The notes under the pieces: model-generated | What the model was told of the DNA's origin: nothing | Seen by the model: only the letters and a program-made list of their open reading frames with translations | Databases searched by the model: none | NCBI GenBank assembly: GCA_951406725.2 | Contig: OX597818.1 | Span: forward strand, 22,816,001-22,880,000 | DNA from: Octopus vulgaris | Lineage: Eukaryota | Direction of reading: 5' to 3' | Length of the DNA: 64,000 nt | Made by a program: the position numbers and the translations under genes | Part shown: one piece after another, positions 40,019 through 59,754 of the stretch | How positions within the stretch are numbered: the first letter of the stretch is position 1 | How the letters are laid out: every line of letters starts with the position of its first letter

Positions 40019-41434
40019 GCGCATGTGATGTCCAGTAGTTGTTGCGTGAATTTGTTGAGAGTCGGACGGTTTTTTCGTGCTGCTTAGAAAATGTATTCAG
40101 ACCTTAGCGGGTCTGAGTTGTCTTCAGCAGAGAAGGAGCTGGTAAGGGCGGTCATAAAGATGGACGGAATGCTGGAGAAGACAAGGAGTTTTGTTGAGGC
40201 CACGGAGATGAAGCGAAGGGAGTTGGACTTGGCTGGTCTGAAGGAGTATGAGAAGATGGTACAGAAGGTTGGCGGCGATGTGAGGTTGTCGCCCCCAAAG
40301 GAATTATGGAGCGGATGGAGAGAAAAACGGTCACCTATATGGTATTCTCATTAAAAGGAAAAAGACCGAGCAGGTGGAAGCTGAAATGGAAAAGGCGCTA
40401 AGTGAACGGTCAAAGGAAATAACATACATAACTAAAGGAAGAAGATATGAGACAATTTAGGACAGTAGAGGAGGCGAGGAGGCTGGCGAGTGTGGCGGTG
40501 AAAACAGAGGAAGTAGTGCTTCTACCCACATACCTTGGAAGAAAGACTTCTAAAGTAAGGGTAGAAGCAATCCCACCTGATATAGAAATGGCTTGGGTGG
40601 CAGCGGCTGTCCTTGTTGGAAGTGAGGAGAAAGTGGCCGTCCTTCAAGCCACAGAAATGGAAGAAGGAAGGGAAGACACTAGAATTAATTATACAGGCGG
40701 AGGAAGGACAACTGGAGAGTTTGACAGAGACGGTGACGTTGGGGGAAATTGTGCTGAGAGTGTAGGCAGAAGGTAGAGTACCACATTGTTTTAAATGTGG
40801 CCAAAAGGGCCACATAAGAGCATACTGCCCTCTATAGAGGACAATAGTAGAGGAAACAGTTGTGAAGACGAAAGAGAAAAGAGAGGACGAAAAGACAGAC
40901 GGAGGAAAGGAAGAAAAGGAGGAAGAATGGAGAGTAACAGATTAGAAGGAAGAAGAGAAAAAAGAAAGAACACTGAGTGTGATGTGGTACCCCAGTCCAA
41001 CTTCATCCCACCCAAGACCACTCAGATGCACCCTTCCCATACAGACACCAAACCCACCCACCCCATTTCCCCACAGGAAAAAAAGAAAAAAGAGCAGACA
41101 CCTCAGAATTTAGAAGACCCTTCCCCCGGTGAAAAAGGTTATGAGAGAGTGCAGTCATGGAGCGATAGCGGAACCGGAACAGAGACTAAAAGGAAATTAG
41201 AACTCAGAGGCGGCGAGTGGTGTTGCTCAGTGTGGGGTGAGTAGCACACTCTTCATATTTTCATTTTCAACTATCACGCATGTTATCATAATTTTTATTT
41301 GTTTTTCATGTTCGTTTTCATGTGTCATTCATAATATCATATTCTATTTTTATATATTTTTAATTGTTATATGTCCCCACATGTGTTGTAGTGTCCCCTC
41401 TATGGAATGCCTTTATGGCAAAAATATTGAAATA
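40019..41434 (+). mobile_element. ORF1-only (half-LINE) Tx1-like element inserted into a SINE A head (insert 2)
   Basis: Fragmented ORF1 with CCHC knuckle EGRVPHCFKCGQKGHIRAYCP (~40768-40830); no EN/RT coding before the 3' tail; TSD AAGAAGCTTG(C/T)TTCC at 40004-40018 and 41435-41449. Confidence 0.75.
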
Positions 41435-41568
41435 AAGAAGCTTGTTTCCCAACCACATTGTTCCGGGTTCAGTCCCACTGCGTGGCACTTTGGGTGTCGG
41501 GTGTCTTCCTCGGGCCGATTAAGGCTTTGTGAGTGGATTTGATAGATGGAAACTGAAAGAAGCCCGTC

Positions 41569-41649
<81 letters not shown>

Positions 41650-41871
41650 TGTGTGTGTATGAGTGTGTGTGTTGTCTGTGTTTGTTTCCTCATCATCACT
41701 TGACAACCGATGTTGGTGTGTTTACGTCCCTTTTGCGGTTCGGCAAAAGTTACCGATAGAATAAGTATTAGGCTTACAAAGAATAAGTCCCGGGGTCAGT
41801 TTGTTCGACTAAAGGCGGTGCTCCAGCATGGCCACAGTTAAATGACTGAAACAAGTAAAAGAATAAAAGAA
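41435..41871 (+). mobile_element. SINE family A body; its head lies at 39525-39559
   Basis: Resumes exactly where the head was interrupted (AAGAAGCTTG.TTCCCAACCAC...). Confidence 0.88.
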
Positions 41872-42002
41872 TTTTCTCTAAGAGAAACCATCATTTTTAA
41901 AAATCTATGACAGCATGTTCCCTTCTCATAAAAAATATGCAACCAGAGCAACAACTCGCGTTTCTAATGCATCTGTTTGCTTGCTGTGGATTTCTCTAAC
42001 CT

Positions 42003-42333
42003 CAGTGGTTCTCAACCAGGGTCTATATAAGATTTTTGGACACTCTCATAACAAAATAGTAAATTGGAGGACCCACAATAGTATTTTAAGGACCTCTGAA
42101 AAAATGTTGCTTTAGATGTATGTATTGGTATGTATTTCAAGAAACAGCTAGGTTTCTTTCTCTAACATTTTACATAGTTCAAGCTACACAAGTTATCATG
42201 TGAAAAACAAAATAGGAATTTTGAAAGACGTTTCTATAAAACTAGATTTTAAGCATCAAATGGCCATAGGAGGCCCGCCAGAATAAAATAGTAATCAAAG
42301 GAATCCACAGATAAAAACTGGTTTAGAATCCTC
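42003..42333. mobile_element. hAT-like MITE (CAGTGGTTCTCAAC terminus), degenerate
   Basis: Left TIR CAGTGGTTCTCAACC; decayed right TIR GGTTTAGAATCCTCT; related minus-strand fragment at ~9965-10106. Confidence 0.55.
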
Positions 42334-42817
42334 TATAACCTAAGTCATAAACAGGTTGACTACCGTAAAGTTAAATGTGCTGGAGATTTCTCTCCTATGT
42401 CACTCACAATTAGTTCTTCGCCAATGAAAACTTCAGAGAACATCGTGGCACTCGATATTAGGAAATCATGTTTATTAAGGCAACTAATTTACTAATTTAG
42501 GTTAGTTGTTTGGCTAATAACTACCAAGAAAGTTTTTGAAAACTACTGGAACTAAAAATCACGCAACAGAACTCAGTGTTGCCATTGAATTTATGAAATG
42601 AAAATATTTTTAATAGGGTCTCTTTTCTAGGGGTGGGGGACTTCAGAAAACCTTGCTTTAACATTTACTCTGCTCCATTCTGGGAATTTACTGCTTGAGT
42701 AAGTAGCCAAAGAAGACACTTTCTTTATTCAATACCTTCACTCAAAGCTTTTGTGATAAAATAATTAATATTTTTTATACTGTTTAAATTAAACTGTTTT
42801 AATAGAATGAAATATAT

Positions 42818-42982
42818 TTTCTACTCTAGGCACAAGGCTTGAAATTTTCGGGGAGGGGATCAGTTGATTAGATAGACCTTTGTACGCAACTGGTACTTGA
42901 TTTATCGACCCCGAAAGGATGAAAGGCAAAGTCGACCTCGGCGGAATTTGAACTCAGAACGGTTCTGCAAGCTCGCCACCTT
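42818..42982 (-). mobile_element. SINE family C (internally deleted)
   Basis: Matches the family C modules at 17608-18020 and 55680-55910. Confidence 0.8.
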
Positions 42983-43253
42983 ATAGGATGAAATATATTA
43001 AGAGCATGATATATTGATATTTAATAAATTTGAAGGGGAGTGGCCTAATATTCAGGGTTTTTCACTTATGATCACAAGATCATAGTTTCGATTCCTAGAC
43101 CGGCGGTGCGTTGTAAATAGCAAAACACTTTGTTATACCTTGCTCTAGTCCAACCACCAGTAAATAAGTAACTCTGCGACAGACTGGCATCTTGTTCAGG
43201 GGGGATGTTAGCTTGCCCATGGTGGATATTGCGATATTGTGATTTCATAAATA

Positions 43254-43416
43254 GGCGTTCGAGTGGCTGTGTGGTAAGTAGCTTGCGTACCAAACACATG
43301 GTTCCGGGTTCAGTCCCACTGCGTGGCACCCTGGGCAAGTGTCTTCTACTATAGCCTCGGGCCGACCAAAGCCTTCTGAGTGGATTTGGTAGACAGAAAC
43401 TGAAAGAAGCCCATCG

Positions 43417-43478
<62 letters not shown>

Positions 43479-43685
43479 TGTGTGTGTGTGTGTTTGTTTG
43501 TCCTCCCACATCGCTTGACAACCGATGCTGGTATGTTTACGTCCCCATAACTTAGCGGTTCGGCAAAAGAGACCTATAGAATAAGTACTAGGCTTACAAA
43601 GAATAAGTCCTGGGGTCGATTTGCTCGACTAAAGACGATGCTCTAGCATGGCCCAGTCACATGACTGAAACAAGTAAAAGAGAGT
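43254..43685 (+). mobile_element. SINE family A, full length
   Basis: Head, core and tail as in the other copies. Confidence 0.9.
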
Positions 43686-45432
43686 AGATCATTGATTTTG
43701 ATTTAGCGCAAAAGCAGTAACTTTGAGAGACAGGGGTTAGGTGATACCATTGACCCCATTTAGTGGTTAGGGTGTTGGACTCATGATCGTAAGATTGTGA
43801 TTTCGATTCCTGGACCAGACGACGCGTTGTGTTCTTGAGCAAAACACCTCACTTCACGTTGCTCCAGTTCACTCAGCTGGTAAAAATGAGTAATCTCGCG
43901 AAGGACCGGTTTCCCGTCCAGGTGGGAAATATATAAGCCATGGAAACGGGGAAACCGGCCTGGTGTGACTCGAGAAAGAAGCTTTTATCTTTACTTCAGC
44001 CTGCCCATCAAGCCAGCGGCTTGCAATCATTCGAAAGCTACAGCAATGGGAGGAAGCACATTGTGCTTGACGGTGTATAACCATATCCGATAGCCTAGTT
44101 GATATTGCAATATTGTGGTCATTGTTTTTAGCGCAAGATCAGTAACTTTGAGAGACAGGGGTTAGGCGATACCACCGATCCCACTACTTGACTGGTGTTT
44201 TATTTTATCGGTCTTGAACGGGTGAAAAGCAAAGTTGACCTCGGTGGAAATCGAACTCAGATCATAAAGCGCCGGATTCAAATACTGCAAAGCCTTGTCT
44301 TCGAAGCTCTAACAATTTTGTCAGTTTTTCGCTCTCAGTGGATTATTAAATTGACCCGAGATTTTGTTGCATCTGTGCCCCAAATATACGGAAGTGTCGG
44401 TCTAACTTCTAATGATCCAAAATGTAAGGTGATAAATGATGATGGGTGAGTATGTCTTTTCTGTATTGTTTCCAGTCTTTCGTATGTTCCTTCGTCATTC
44501 TTCTGTACCACATTTTACTATTGTAAAGGAGTGTGTCGTTTCTCCAAAATTAATACTGATAGTATTGGCCTGTTAGTCCAATATATTTTTATATACTTTG
44601 TACATTTGTATATTATTTGTATATATTGATGAACTTTTGTGAACTGAACTGATGATTAATAAGGAAATAAAAAGAAAGCCAGAGAGAGAGGACGAGATAG
44701 AAGACAGACAGGGGGTGGGAGAGAGAGACAGAGAGACAGAGAGAAAGATAGAGAGAGAGAGAGAGAGGGAGCTTAAAATACAGACTAAGGTGAGAAAAAT
44801 TCTTATTGACATTACTACCTCTGCACTTGGATGCCCCAAACGAGAGTGAAAGCTACTGGGAGTGAGAGAGAGTGAAAGACAGAGAAATAGACAGACAGAT
44901 AGACAAGTAGGGCGAGAGATTTAAAGCGAGAAAGAGAGAGAGAGAGAGAGAAAGAGAAGGGGAGGAAGGGAGAAAGAGAGAGATGGGGGTGGGGCGTGAC
45001 AGACAAGCAGAATTATAATTCAATGATAAATGCGGAGTGGAAGAAATGGTGTGTATGTGTGTATCTTTGAGCATGTGTGTGCGAAGGAGTGTATCTTTTG
45101 TGAGTGTGTGTAGGGGGGGGGGGGACCGGTGTGTGTGTGATAAGCCAGCTAGCTTCAAGAGTAAAGTTTTATATCACATCACAACGCCCCACAGGGTACA
45201 TTGATGAGATAATGAGAACGGGAAAAGGGGTGGGGGGACAAGACGAGTGGGTATTAGGGGATGGGGTGTGGAGAGGTGAGGAGAGAGGGTTGCGTTCAGG
45301 TGGGGGGTAAGGTTCAGGATGACTCAACACCTGAAAATAGGAAAAAATAAGTAAAATAAATAAATAAAAAGATTTTTCTTTCTAGGTGACGCCTGGTTCT
45401 AATCCCGTATTCTTCTCGTCTCCTTAACTGTA

Positions 45433-45517
<85 letters not shown>
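45433..45517. repeat. (TATC)n microsatellite
   Basis: Direct inspection. Confidence 0.95.
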
Positions 45518-45518
<1 letters not shown>

Positions 45519-46234
45519 ATGGGATCTGTGTGTGTATGTGTATTTATATATAAGTAGAGACAGATATACGAACACATATAAACTTGCATATATATATGTA
45601 TACAAGCATACATATATACATACATGCATATACACACGCATACATACATACAAGCATGTATGCATATACACATGCATACATACATACAAGCATGCATACA
45701 TATATACATGCATGCCTACCTACCTACATACATACATATATGCATACATACATGCATACATACATACATACATACATACATGCGTGGGGACGATTGGTGG
45801 TACATGTGTATATAGAAATAAATAAGTGGCTGATATGAGTGCGTACGTGTGTGTACGGGAAAGAGGGGGGAAGGGAGAGAGAGGCAGAGGGAGAGAGCGA
45901 GACGGAGAGGGAGAAGCAGAAGGAAAGGCAGAGGAAGAGAGAGAGAGACGGAAAGAGATAGGAAAAGATAGTGCGCGTGTGCGTGTGTGTAATGTGTGTT
46001 ATTAAAATTATAGATTTGATGGGGTATTTTTTCACCCAGGTACAAGGGGAATTCTTAGAATCTAGGAGTATTAAGTTCCCTTTGATCTTAAATTTACCTC
46101 TGTCTGTATGTATACTCACAAAAGCAACTCTCGTCTGCGTGGTGCGTGTGTGCTCTTGTATATATATATATATATACACATACGTATATAGTTACATATG
46201 TCTACAACTCTCTCTCTCTCTATCTCTCAAACAT

Positions 46235-46278
<44 letters not shown>

Positions 46279-46683
46279 TCTTTTATTTTTTACTCATTCG
46301 TCATTTGACTACGGCCACGCTGGAGCACCGTCTTGAAGGGTTTTAGTCGAACAAATCGACCCCAGAACTTATCTTTTTAAAGCCTGATACTTATTCTATC
46401 GGACTCTTTTGCCGAACCACTAAGCTACGAGAACGTAAACACACCAACACCGGTGGTCAAGTGGTGATTCGGGGGACACAAATACACGCACACACAAACA
46501 CATAAACACAAACACAAACACACAAACACACACACACACACAAACACACACACAGACACACACACAAACACACACACACACAAACACACACACAGACACA
46601 CACACAAACACACACACATACACACACACACACACACACAAACACGCACACACACACACACATGTAAATTTACTTGGAAATAG

Positions 46684-47172
46684 ATGCGTGGCGTTCAGTC
46701 GAATAATAAGTTTATCTTCATCGTTTTGATGCGACTCTACTCCATACTGTTTTCTCCGCCATCGTTTTCTCTCTCATTCTTCTTTCTCTCTCTTCTATCT
46801 TTTCTCTTGTCAAAGAAAATATTTCTCCAGCGTTCGCTATTTTACTCTCATTCTGGCCTAACGACCCTCCATGTTCGTTTTCGTTCGGTTTCCTTGTATG
46901 TCTCCACTGTCCTGCTTTTGTTCCCAACTTTGACCCTCCATAAATCCAAAATTTTATTTTGGTATTTATGGGAGCGACTGTCCTCGAAGATTCCTATTGT
47001 CGTTCAATGCTCGAAATGAGGAGTAGATAGACAGCCGACAACTGATGAAGGGCCGTTCTTTCTGTTACTTTCCCTGTTTTCCATTTGTTTCTCTCGGTGT
47101 TTGCGTATTGAACTCATTTGTTTTCGTATGTCATGCTGTTTACTGTTGGTAACGTCCTGTACCCATATATGC

Positions 47173-47175
<3 letters not shown>
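46684..47175 (+). mobile_element. Penelope-like non-autonomous element with a rearranged hammerhead motif (46991-47057)
   Basis: TTCCTA|TTGTCG..AATGCTC-GAAA-TGAG..CGACAA-CTGATGA-A-GGGCCGTT; same layout and tail (GTCCTGTAC.CATATATGC) as the array unit. Confidence 0.6.
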
Positions 47176-47203
<28 letters not shown>

Positions 47204-47236
47204 TGTATGTATGTATGTATGTATGTATGTATGTAT

Positions 47237-47267
<31 letters not shown>

Positions 47268-47276
47268 TTTTCAACT

Positions 47277-53176
<5,900 letters not shown>

Positions 53177-53269
53177 AGATAGATAGATAGATAAAACTTA
53201 TTTGAAAATGGATGCGTGGTGTTCGATTATATAAATAAAATCTATATATATATATGTATATATATATGC

Positions 53270-53560
53270 ATATATACATACATATATGTACATACCTACA
53301 TATATATGTATACATACATGCATATATGGGTACAGGACGTAAAAAACGTGAACAAAATGAGAAACGAGAACAAAAAACAAACAAGGAAAATGAACTTTGT
53401 TTTCGATCAAGGAAAGAAACAAATAGAGAAACGGGACAGGCAGCATAAAGAACATTCCCTTCATCAGTTGTTCTCTGTTTTATCTACTCTGCGTTTCGAA
53501 CATAGGGACAAGACGCAACTTCGTTAAAACAGTCGTTCCCGCAAAGCAAATCATAGTATT
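53270..53560 (-). mobile_element. Inverted Penelope-like terminal element with a rearranged hammerhead motif (53454-53518)
   Basis: Minus strand: TTGCGTC|TTGTCCCT-ATGTTC-GAAA-CGCAG-agtagataaaac-AGAGAACAA-CTGATGA-A-GGGAAT. Confidence 0.65.
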
Positions 53561-53562
53561 TA

Positions 53563-54675
53563 GTTGACATTCCCTTTGCAGTTTTGGCATTGAACTGAGG
53601 AGCTTAGTGATTTTCTCTTGTGGAATTTCTGTCCACTTTTCATGCAACAATCGAAACAATTCATCTTTAGATTTAGGTTTCTGTCGAGTTTTTCTTATAG
53701 CTCTAGCTAGTGTGCTCCAAAGATGTTCAATTGGGTTCACATCAGGAGATTGGCTCGGTCAGGGAAGCTTTTTGATCCCATTTTCAGTCAGCCATTGTTG
53801 ATTGCTATTCGCTGTGTGGCATGGAGCCCCATCTTCCATGAATAAAAACTCATTTTCCGTTATGTTATCGTGTGAATACATCGGAAGTAGTCCTTGCTTA
53901 AGTATTTCGATGTATTTTTCAAACTTTATGGTTCCAACACATTCGATCAGCTCAGAACGACCATTGCTGGTGACAGTTCCCCATACCATTACAGAGATAC
54001 CGCCATGTTTCACAGTTGGTTGGAATCAAATTCTTGATTGGGAAACCTCCAGACTCAAACACGTCCAACGTCTAAAAATAATACAAATCTGGATTCATCT
54101 GAGAAAATCACTCTATCCTAAAATTGAACTGGATTTTTCTGACATCTCCTTAGCCCATTTCCTTCTTTTCGTGATATTAATTGGTTGAAGGAGAGGATTT
54201 CTTCTAGCTGCTCGTCCATAATACCCAAGCTTATGCAGATATGTAACACACGTTCTTGGACTAACTTCTAGCTGTTTTGCAATGTCAGAAGCCTTCGAAA
54301 AGGGTTCGTTCCCCACAATGCTCTTCAAAGAGCGAAGTTTCCTTTCCGAGGGCCCAGGCTGGCCGGGACGAGAATCTGTTGATTCTTTTCCTTGGCTTTT
54401 GAATTGCACTATAATTCTATTAACTGTAGCAAGAGGTATTTGAAGATTTTCGGCAATTTTTTGCTGACTAAGACCGGCTTCAGATTGCCCAACAATATGA
54501 CGTCGTTGAAAATCTGACACTTCTGCTGAATTTTTTGTGCATGTTATGGTTACTCTTCGCAAATGTTTAATATAATGGCACCTGGAATGAAAAAGAATAA
54601 TTACATTATATATTCTACACCGCTGAAAACATATTAAGACGCTTAAAGGTGTCTATTTACTTCCTCCATGTCTGT
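53563..54675 (-). mobile_element. Tc1-family DNA transposon (DD34E), degenerate, 3' end lost
   Basis: Paired-like N-terminus (54113-54562), [26 protein letters not shown] and SPDVNPIEHLW, with 34 residues between D and E counted by hand; stops and frameshifts; 5' TIR CAGACATGGAGGAAGTAAATAGACACC. Confidence 0.92.
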
Positions 54676-54718
54676 GTGTGTATATATATATGCATATATA
54701 TATATATGCATATATATA

Positions 54719-54764
<46 letters not shown>

Positions 54765-54765
54765 C

Positions 54766-54803
<38 letters not shown>

Positions 54804-54865
54804 GTTATATATATATATATGCATATATATATATGTATATATATTATTTATACATATATTGTTTA

Positions 54866-54912
<47 letters not shown>

Positions 54913-55273
54913 TAGTAGAAATATGTTACAAAAAGAAAATATAAAATACACGTGGAAATGTAAGGGTAAAATATGAAAAATCAACAAAAATGCACAATGT
55001 AAATAAAAAAAAGGCTTTTTATGACAGGTAACGACAAATATATACATCTAGATGGACTGAGGTAGTAATAAAAATAATAAAAGTCATTATTATGAAATGA
55101 TTATAAGATGATTATAAAGTCAGAAAACAAAGCGTACCATGGTTTCCGCAAAGCTATTCATCGCTTTGAAAACACCGGCTAATACACGGTGTCAGGTCTA
55201 ATAGTTCCTGAGAAAAAAGATTATTTGTAAGGGAGGTAAGTAGTTCTGGATTATACAAATAATCCAGAACTAC

Positions 55274-55324
<51 letters not shown>

Positions 55325-55499
55325 CGACGGGCTTCTTTCAGTTTCCGTCTACCAAATTCACTCACAAGGCTTTGATCATCCCGAGGCTATAGTAGAAGAT
55401 ACTTGCCCAAGGTGCCACGCAGTGGCACTGAACCCGGAATCATGTTGTTGGTAAGCAAGCTACTTACCACACAGCCACGCCTATAACATAAACACAGGC

Positions 55500-55910
55500 G
55501 AAATACCTATTTCTTTACTACCCACAAGGGGCTAAACATAGCGTGGACAAACAAGGACAGACAAACGGATTAAGTCGATTATATCGACTCCAGTGCGTAA
55601 CTGGTACTTAATTTATCGACCCCGAAAGGATGAAAGGCAAAGTCGGAATTTGAACTCAGAACGTAGCGGCAGACGAAATACCTATTTCTTTATTACCCAC
55701 AAGGGGCTAAACATAGAGGGCACAAACAAGGACAGACATAGGTATTAAGTCGATTACATCGACCCCCAGTGCGTAACTGGTACTTAATTTATCGACCCCG
55801 AAAGGATGAAAGGTAAAGTCGACCTCGGCGGAATTTGAACTCACAACGTAACGGCAGACGAAATACCGTTAAGCATTTCGCCCGACGCGCTAACGTCTCT
55901 GCCAGCTCGG
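55500..55910 (-). mobile_element. SINE family C tandem dimer interrupting a Tc1 element
   Basis: An ~176-bp module is duplicated (55500-55680 and 55674-55866), and the head abuts the Tc1 FSDES region. Confidence 0.8.
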
Positions 55911-56510
55911 AATTAAGGTAAAGAATGACTCGTCAGAGAAAATAGCATTCTTCCACTGCTCTAGGATCCAATTCTGTAGGTTTTTACTCCACTCGAAACG
56001 CTTTGCAAGGTTTGCCTTTGAAAGTAGTGGTTTTCTGATTGCAGTCCTCTCGTGAAACCCGGCTTTGTACAACTCCCGGCGAACAGTTTTTGCGGAAACT
56101 GGGTTCTCGAGGTGGTCATTAAGCTTTGCGGTAATTTTGGGAGCTGTATTTTTGTGATTCTTTCTAACAATTCGCGTAAGAGTCCGACGGTCCCTATCTG
56201 GAAGTTTTGGTTTTCTTCCGGAGTTTTGTTTCGACAAGGAGGTTTTTCCCTCTTTCTCAAAGGCTCGCTAGCGTCTGCCATACGAGCACCAACAATTTGA
56301 CCTCTTTGAAAGTCCGATAGATCTGTCATTTTAATGAATTTTAATTACCTTTTTCTGATGATATGTGAAAAGAAACAGCAATTTTAGGAAAACATATTAA
56401 GCAACACTAATAGTAAATCAAAAAACATTAAAATAAACAAGCTTTTGACGGTTTTATAGATATTTCAAAATTATGATGCTAGGTGTTTCCCTTATTTTGT
56501 CCAACCCCTG
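55910..56510 (-). mobile_element. Tc1-family transposon, 5' half
   Basis: TA|CAGGGGTTGGACAAAATAAGGGAAACACC terminus; MTDLSDFQRGQIVGARM, SGRKPKL..RDRRTL.RIV and W.NAIFSDES. Confidence 0.9.
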
Positions 56511-56574
<64 letters not shown>

Positions 56575-56729
56575 TGTGTGTGTTTCGGCACGTGACTCGA
56601 CAGTATAAATGGCATATATATTGGTTTCAAATTTAGGCACAAGGCCAGCAGTTTCGGTGGCGGGACTATGTCGATTACATCGACCCCAGTGCTCAACTGG
56701 TACTTACTTTATCGATGAAAGGCAAAGTC

Positions 56730-56823
<94 letters not shown>

Positions 56824-56824
56824 A

Positions 56825-56858
<34 letters not shown>

Positions 56859-57150
56859 ACAGGCTTCTTTCAGTTTCCGTCTACCCAATACACTCACAAA
56901 ACTTTGGTCAGCCCGAAGCTATAGTAAAAGTCACTTGCTCAAGGTGCCACACAGTAGGACTGAATCTGGAATCAAGCAAGCTTCTTGCCATATTTACCAT
57001 ACATTTCGTTTCCAAGAACAGTGTTGAAAGCGACTTCGAAGTTTCAGTCTCCAAATCCTCATCGGTCTCCCTCCTCTGCTAAAAGATTCAAGCAATCAAT
57101 CCTACAGTTCAATGTAAAATTGTTTTTACTTTACATATTACACTGTTCAG

Positions 57151-57484
57151 CGCATGGCTCAGTGGTTAGAGCGTCGAGCTTCCGATCGTGAGGTTGTGAG
57201 CTCGAATCCCGGACCGGGCTGCGTGTTGTGTTCTTGAGCAAAGCACTTTATTTCACGTTGCTCCAGTTCACTCAGCTGTAGGAATGAGTTGCGACGTCAC
57301 TGGTGCCAAGTTGTATCGACCGTTGTCTTTCCCTTGGATAACACTGGTGGCGTGGAGAGGGGAGGCTGGTATGCATGGGCGACTGCTGGTCTTCCATAAA
57401 CAACCTTGCCCGGACTTGTGTCTAGGAGGGTAACTTTCTAGGTGCAATCCCATGGTCATTCATGACCGAAGGGGGTCTTTACTT
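57151..57484 (+). mobile_element. SINE family B with TSD
   Basis: A box TGGCTCAGTGG, B box-like GAGCTCGAATCC; TSD TTACACTGTTCAGC at 57138-57151 and 57485-57498. Confidence 0.88.
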
Positions 57485-57766
57485 TTACACTGTTCAGCAA
57501 TGGTAATTTCAATTGGCTAATTACTTTATCGATATTTTTGGTCAAATCACTACATCACGCCCCCTCCCCAGGGACACACATACACGTATAGGTGGAAAGA
57601 GTTTCCACTCCCATTTCGTCTGCGAAATTCACGCACGAGGTAATTGTTTGTGTGCCCGAGTGTTTGAGTGTGTGTATATGTGCGCTTGAATATAAGGTCT
57701 ATGTATGTGCATTTATACATACTTACACACACGTGTATACACACACACGTGTACACACACACACGT

Positions 57767-57810
<44 letters not shown>

Positions 57811-58108
57811 ACACACACAGACACATCATGATATCAGATTAACTGACATTCCTTCTGCACCCTTTGCAGAGGTAAGGCACAGTTCTTATTTACTAAATTT
57901 TTTGTCCTATCATGCCTTTATCAATTTAGTGATTCTTTAGTGTTTTAGGAGTATTTTCACTTCTATTTTTAGCGAAGTAAGAGTTTAGGTAGTACCCTAT
58001 ATATATAAATATATTTATATATCTTAAATATTATTATTGATTTTGCCTATACGGCTTTTATGCTCGCGACCATTAATGTTATTATTGATTAGAATAATAA
58101 TGTTCTTT

Positions 58109-58152
<44 letters not shown>

Positions 58153-58174
<22 letters not shown>

Positions 58175-58497
58175 TCTGGTACTCCGTCAGTTACGACGAC
58201 AAAGGTTCCAGTTGATCTGATCATTTCAGCCTTTTTGTGAAATTAACAGGCAAATAGTTGAACACCCGACAGACACATGCACTCTTAACATAGTTCTCAG
58301 AAAGATTCAACGTGACACAGAGTGTGGCAATGCTGGCCCTTTGAAATACAGGTACTACTCATTTTTGCCTGCTGAGTGGACTGGAGCAACGTGAAATAAA
58401 GTGTCTTGCTCAAAGGTATAACACGTCACTAGGAATTGAACTCACGACCTTGCGATAGTGAGCCGAATACCCTAACCACTAAACTACGTACCTTCAC
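58153..58497 (-). mobile_element. SINE family B, diverged
   Basis: Reverse complement of the 31838-32162 sequence. Confidence 0.8.
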
Positions 58498-58504
58498 TAT
58501 ATGT

Positions 58505-58572
<68 letters not shown>

Positions 58573-59273
58573 TGGTTGTCAACACTTAGGCGAGTATGAT
58601 AGTCACTGGCGCAATGTCAGGGCAAAATTCTAGGCCCAATAAGGCTTTCTCTGCATCCTTTTGATATGAATCAGAGACAAACCGAGGTAAGATATTTTGT
58701 AGTGATATGGGTCGCGGACTCAAGAATGTGGGAGCACCATGATTTCAAACGCAAACAGAAAATTCCAAAGATATTCAAGAGCCGTTCCATACATGTCAGG
58801 TTTTACGTGAGAGAGTATTCCTTCTCTGGAGACATGCTATAACAAAAGCTAAGAGGTGCCTTACACCCAGTGGTCTTTTAGCACACCGGACATCAAACAA
58901 GAATTTCTGGTGGCCGGTGTTATTGTTACCTAGTCGCTCAGCCTGTACTGGTTTCATTGGTCATTTTGGCAGTTCTTGTTTTTAGTCCTGCTGGTGTTTT
59001 CCCAACACTAGTCTCTAGGCTAGCCTAGTGAGGGTGCTGGTTTAGTCGCCGAGGATCCGACGCACGCACACACACACACACACGTATACACACACACATA
59101 CACACACACACGTACATACACATACACACACACACACATACACACACATATAAAGAACAAGTTCAAAATAATGGTGATTACATATTCCTTTATTGGAGCA
59201 AATTTGCCTTACAGCTGTTTCCAGTAATCATAATAGGTACATTACTGATAGGTATACTCTATTATTATTATTA

Positions 59274-59331
<58 letters not shown>

Positions 59332-59337
59332 CATTAT

Positions 59338-59380
<43 letters not shown>

Positions 59381-59542
59381 TTCGATATGGGAAAAATTTA
59401 CAACCTTTTACGCCAGAAACACTAGTGTTCCTGAAAGTCGTTTTTTATACCTTCTACGGACTACTCGAAGTTCACTAACTTCTTGCATCTGGATCCTTGG
59501 ATCTTACATTTATACACACACACACGCACATACACACACACA

Positions 59543-59593
<51 letters not shown>

Positions 59594-59705
59594 TACATAC
59601 ATACATACATAGACGGGCGGTTTAAGGTAACAAGTAATATAATGGAATTAGAGGAACCCAGCAAAACATCAAGTATGTATGTACATATGTGTGTGTCTAT
59701 ATATG

Positions 59706-59754
<49 letters not shown>

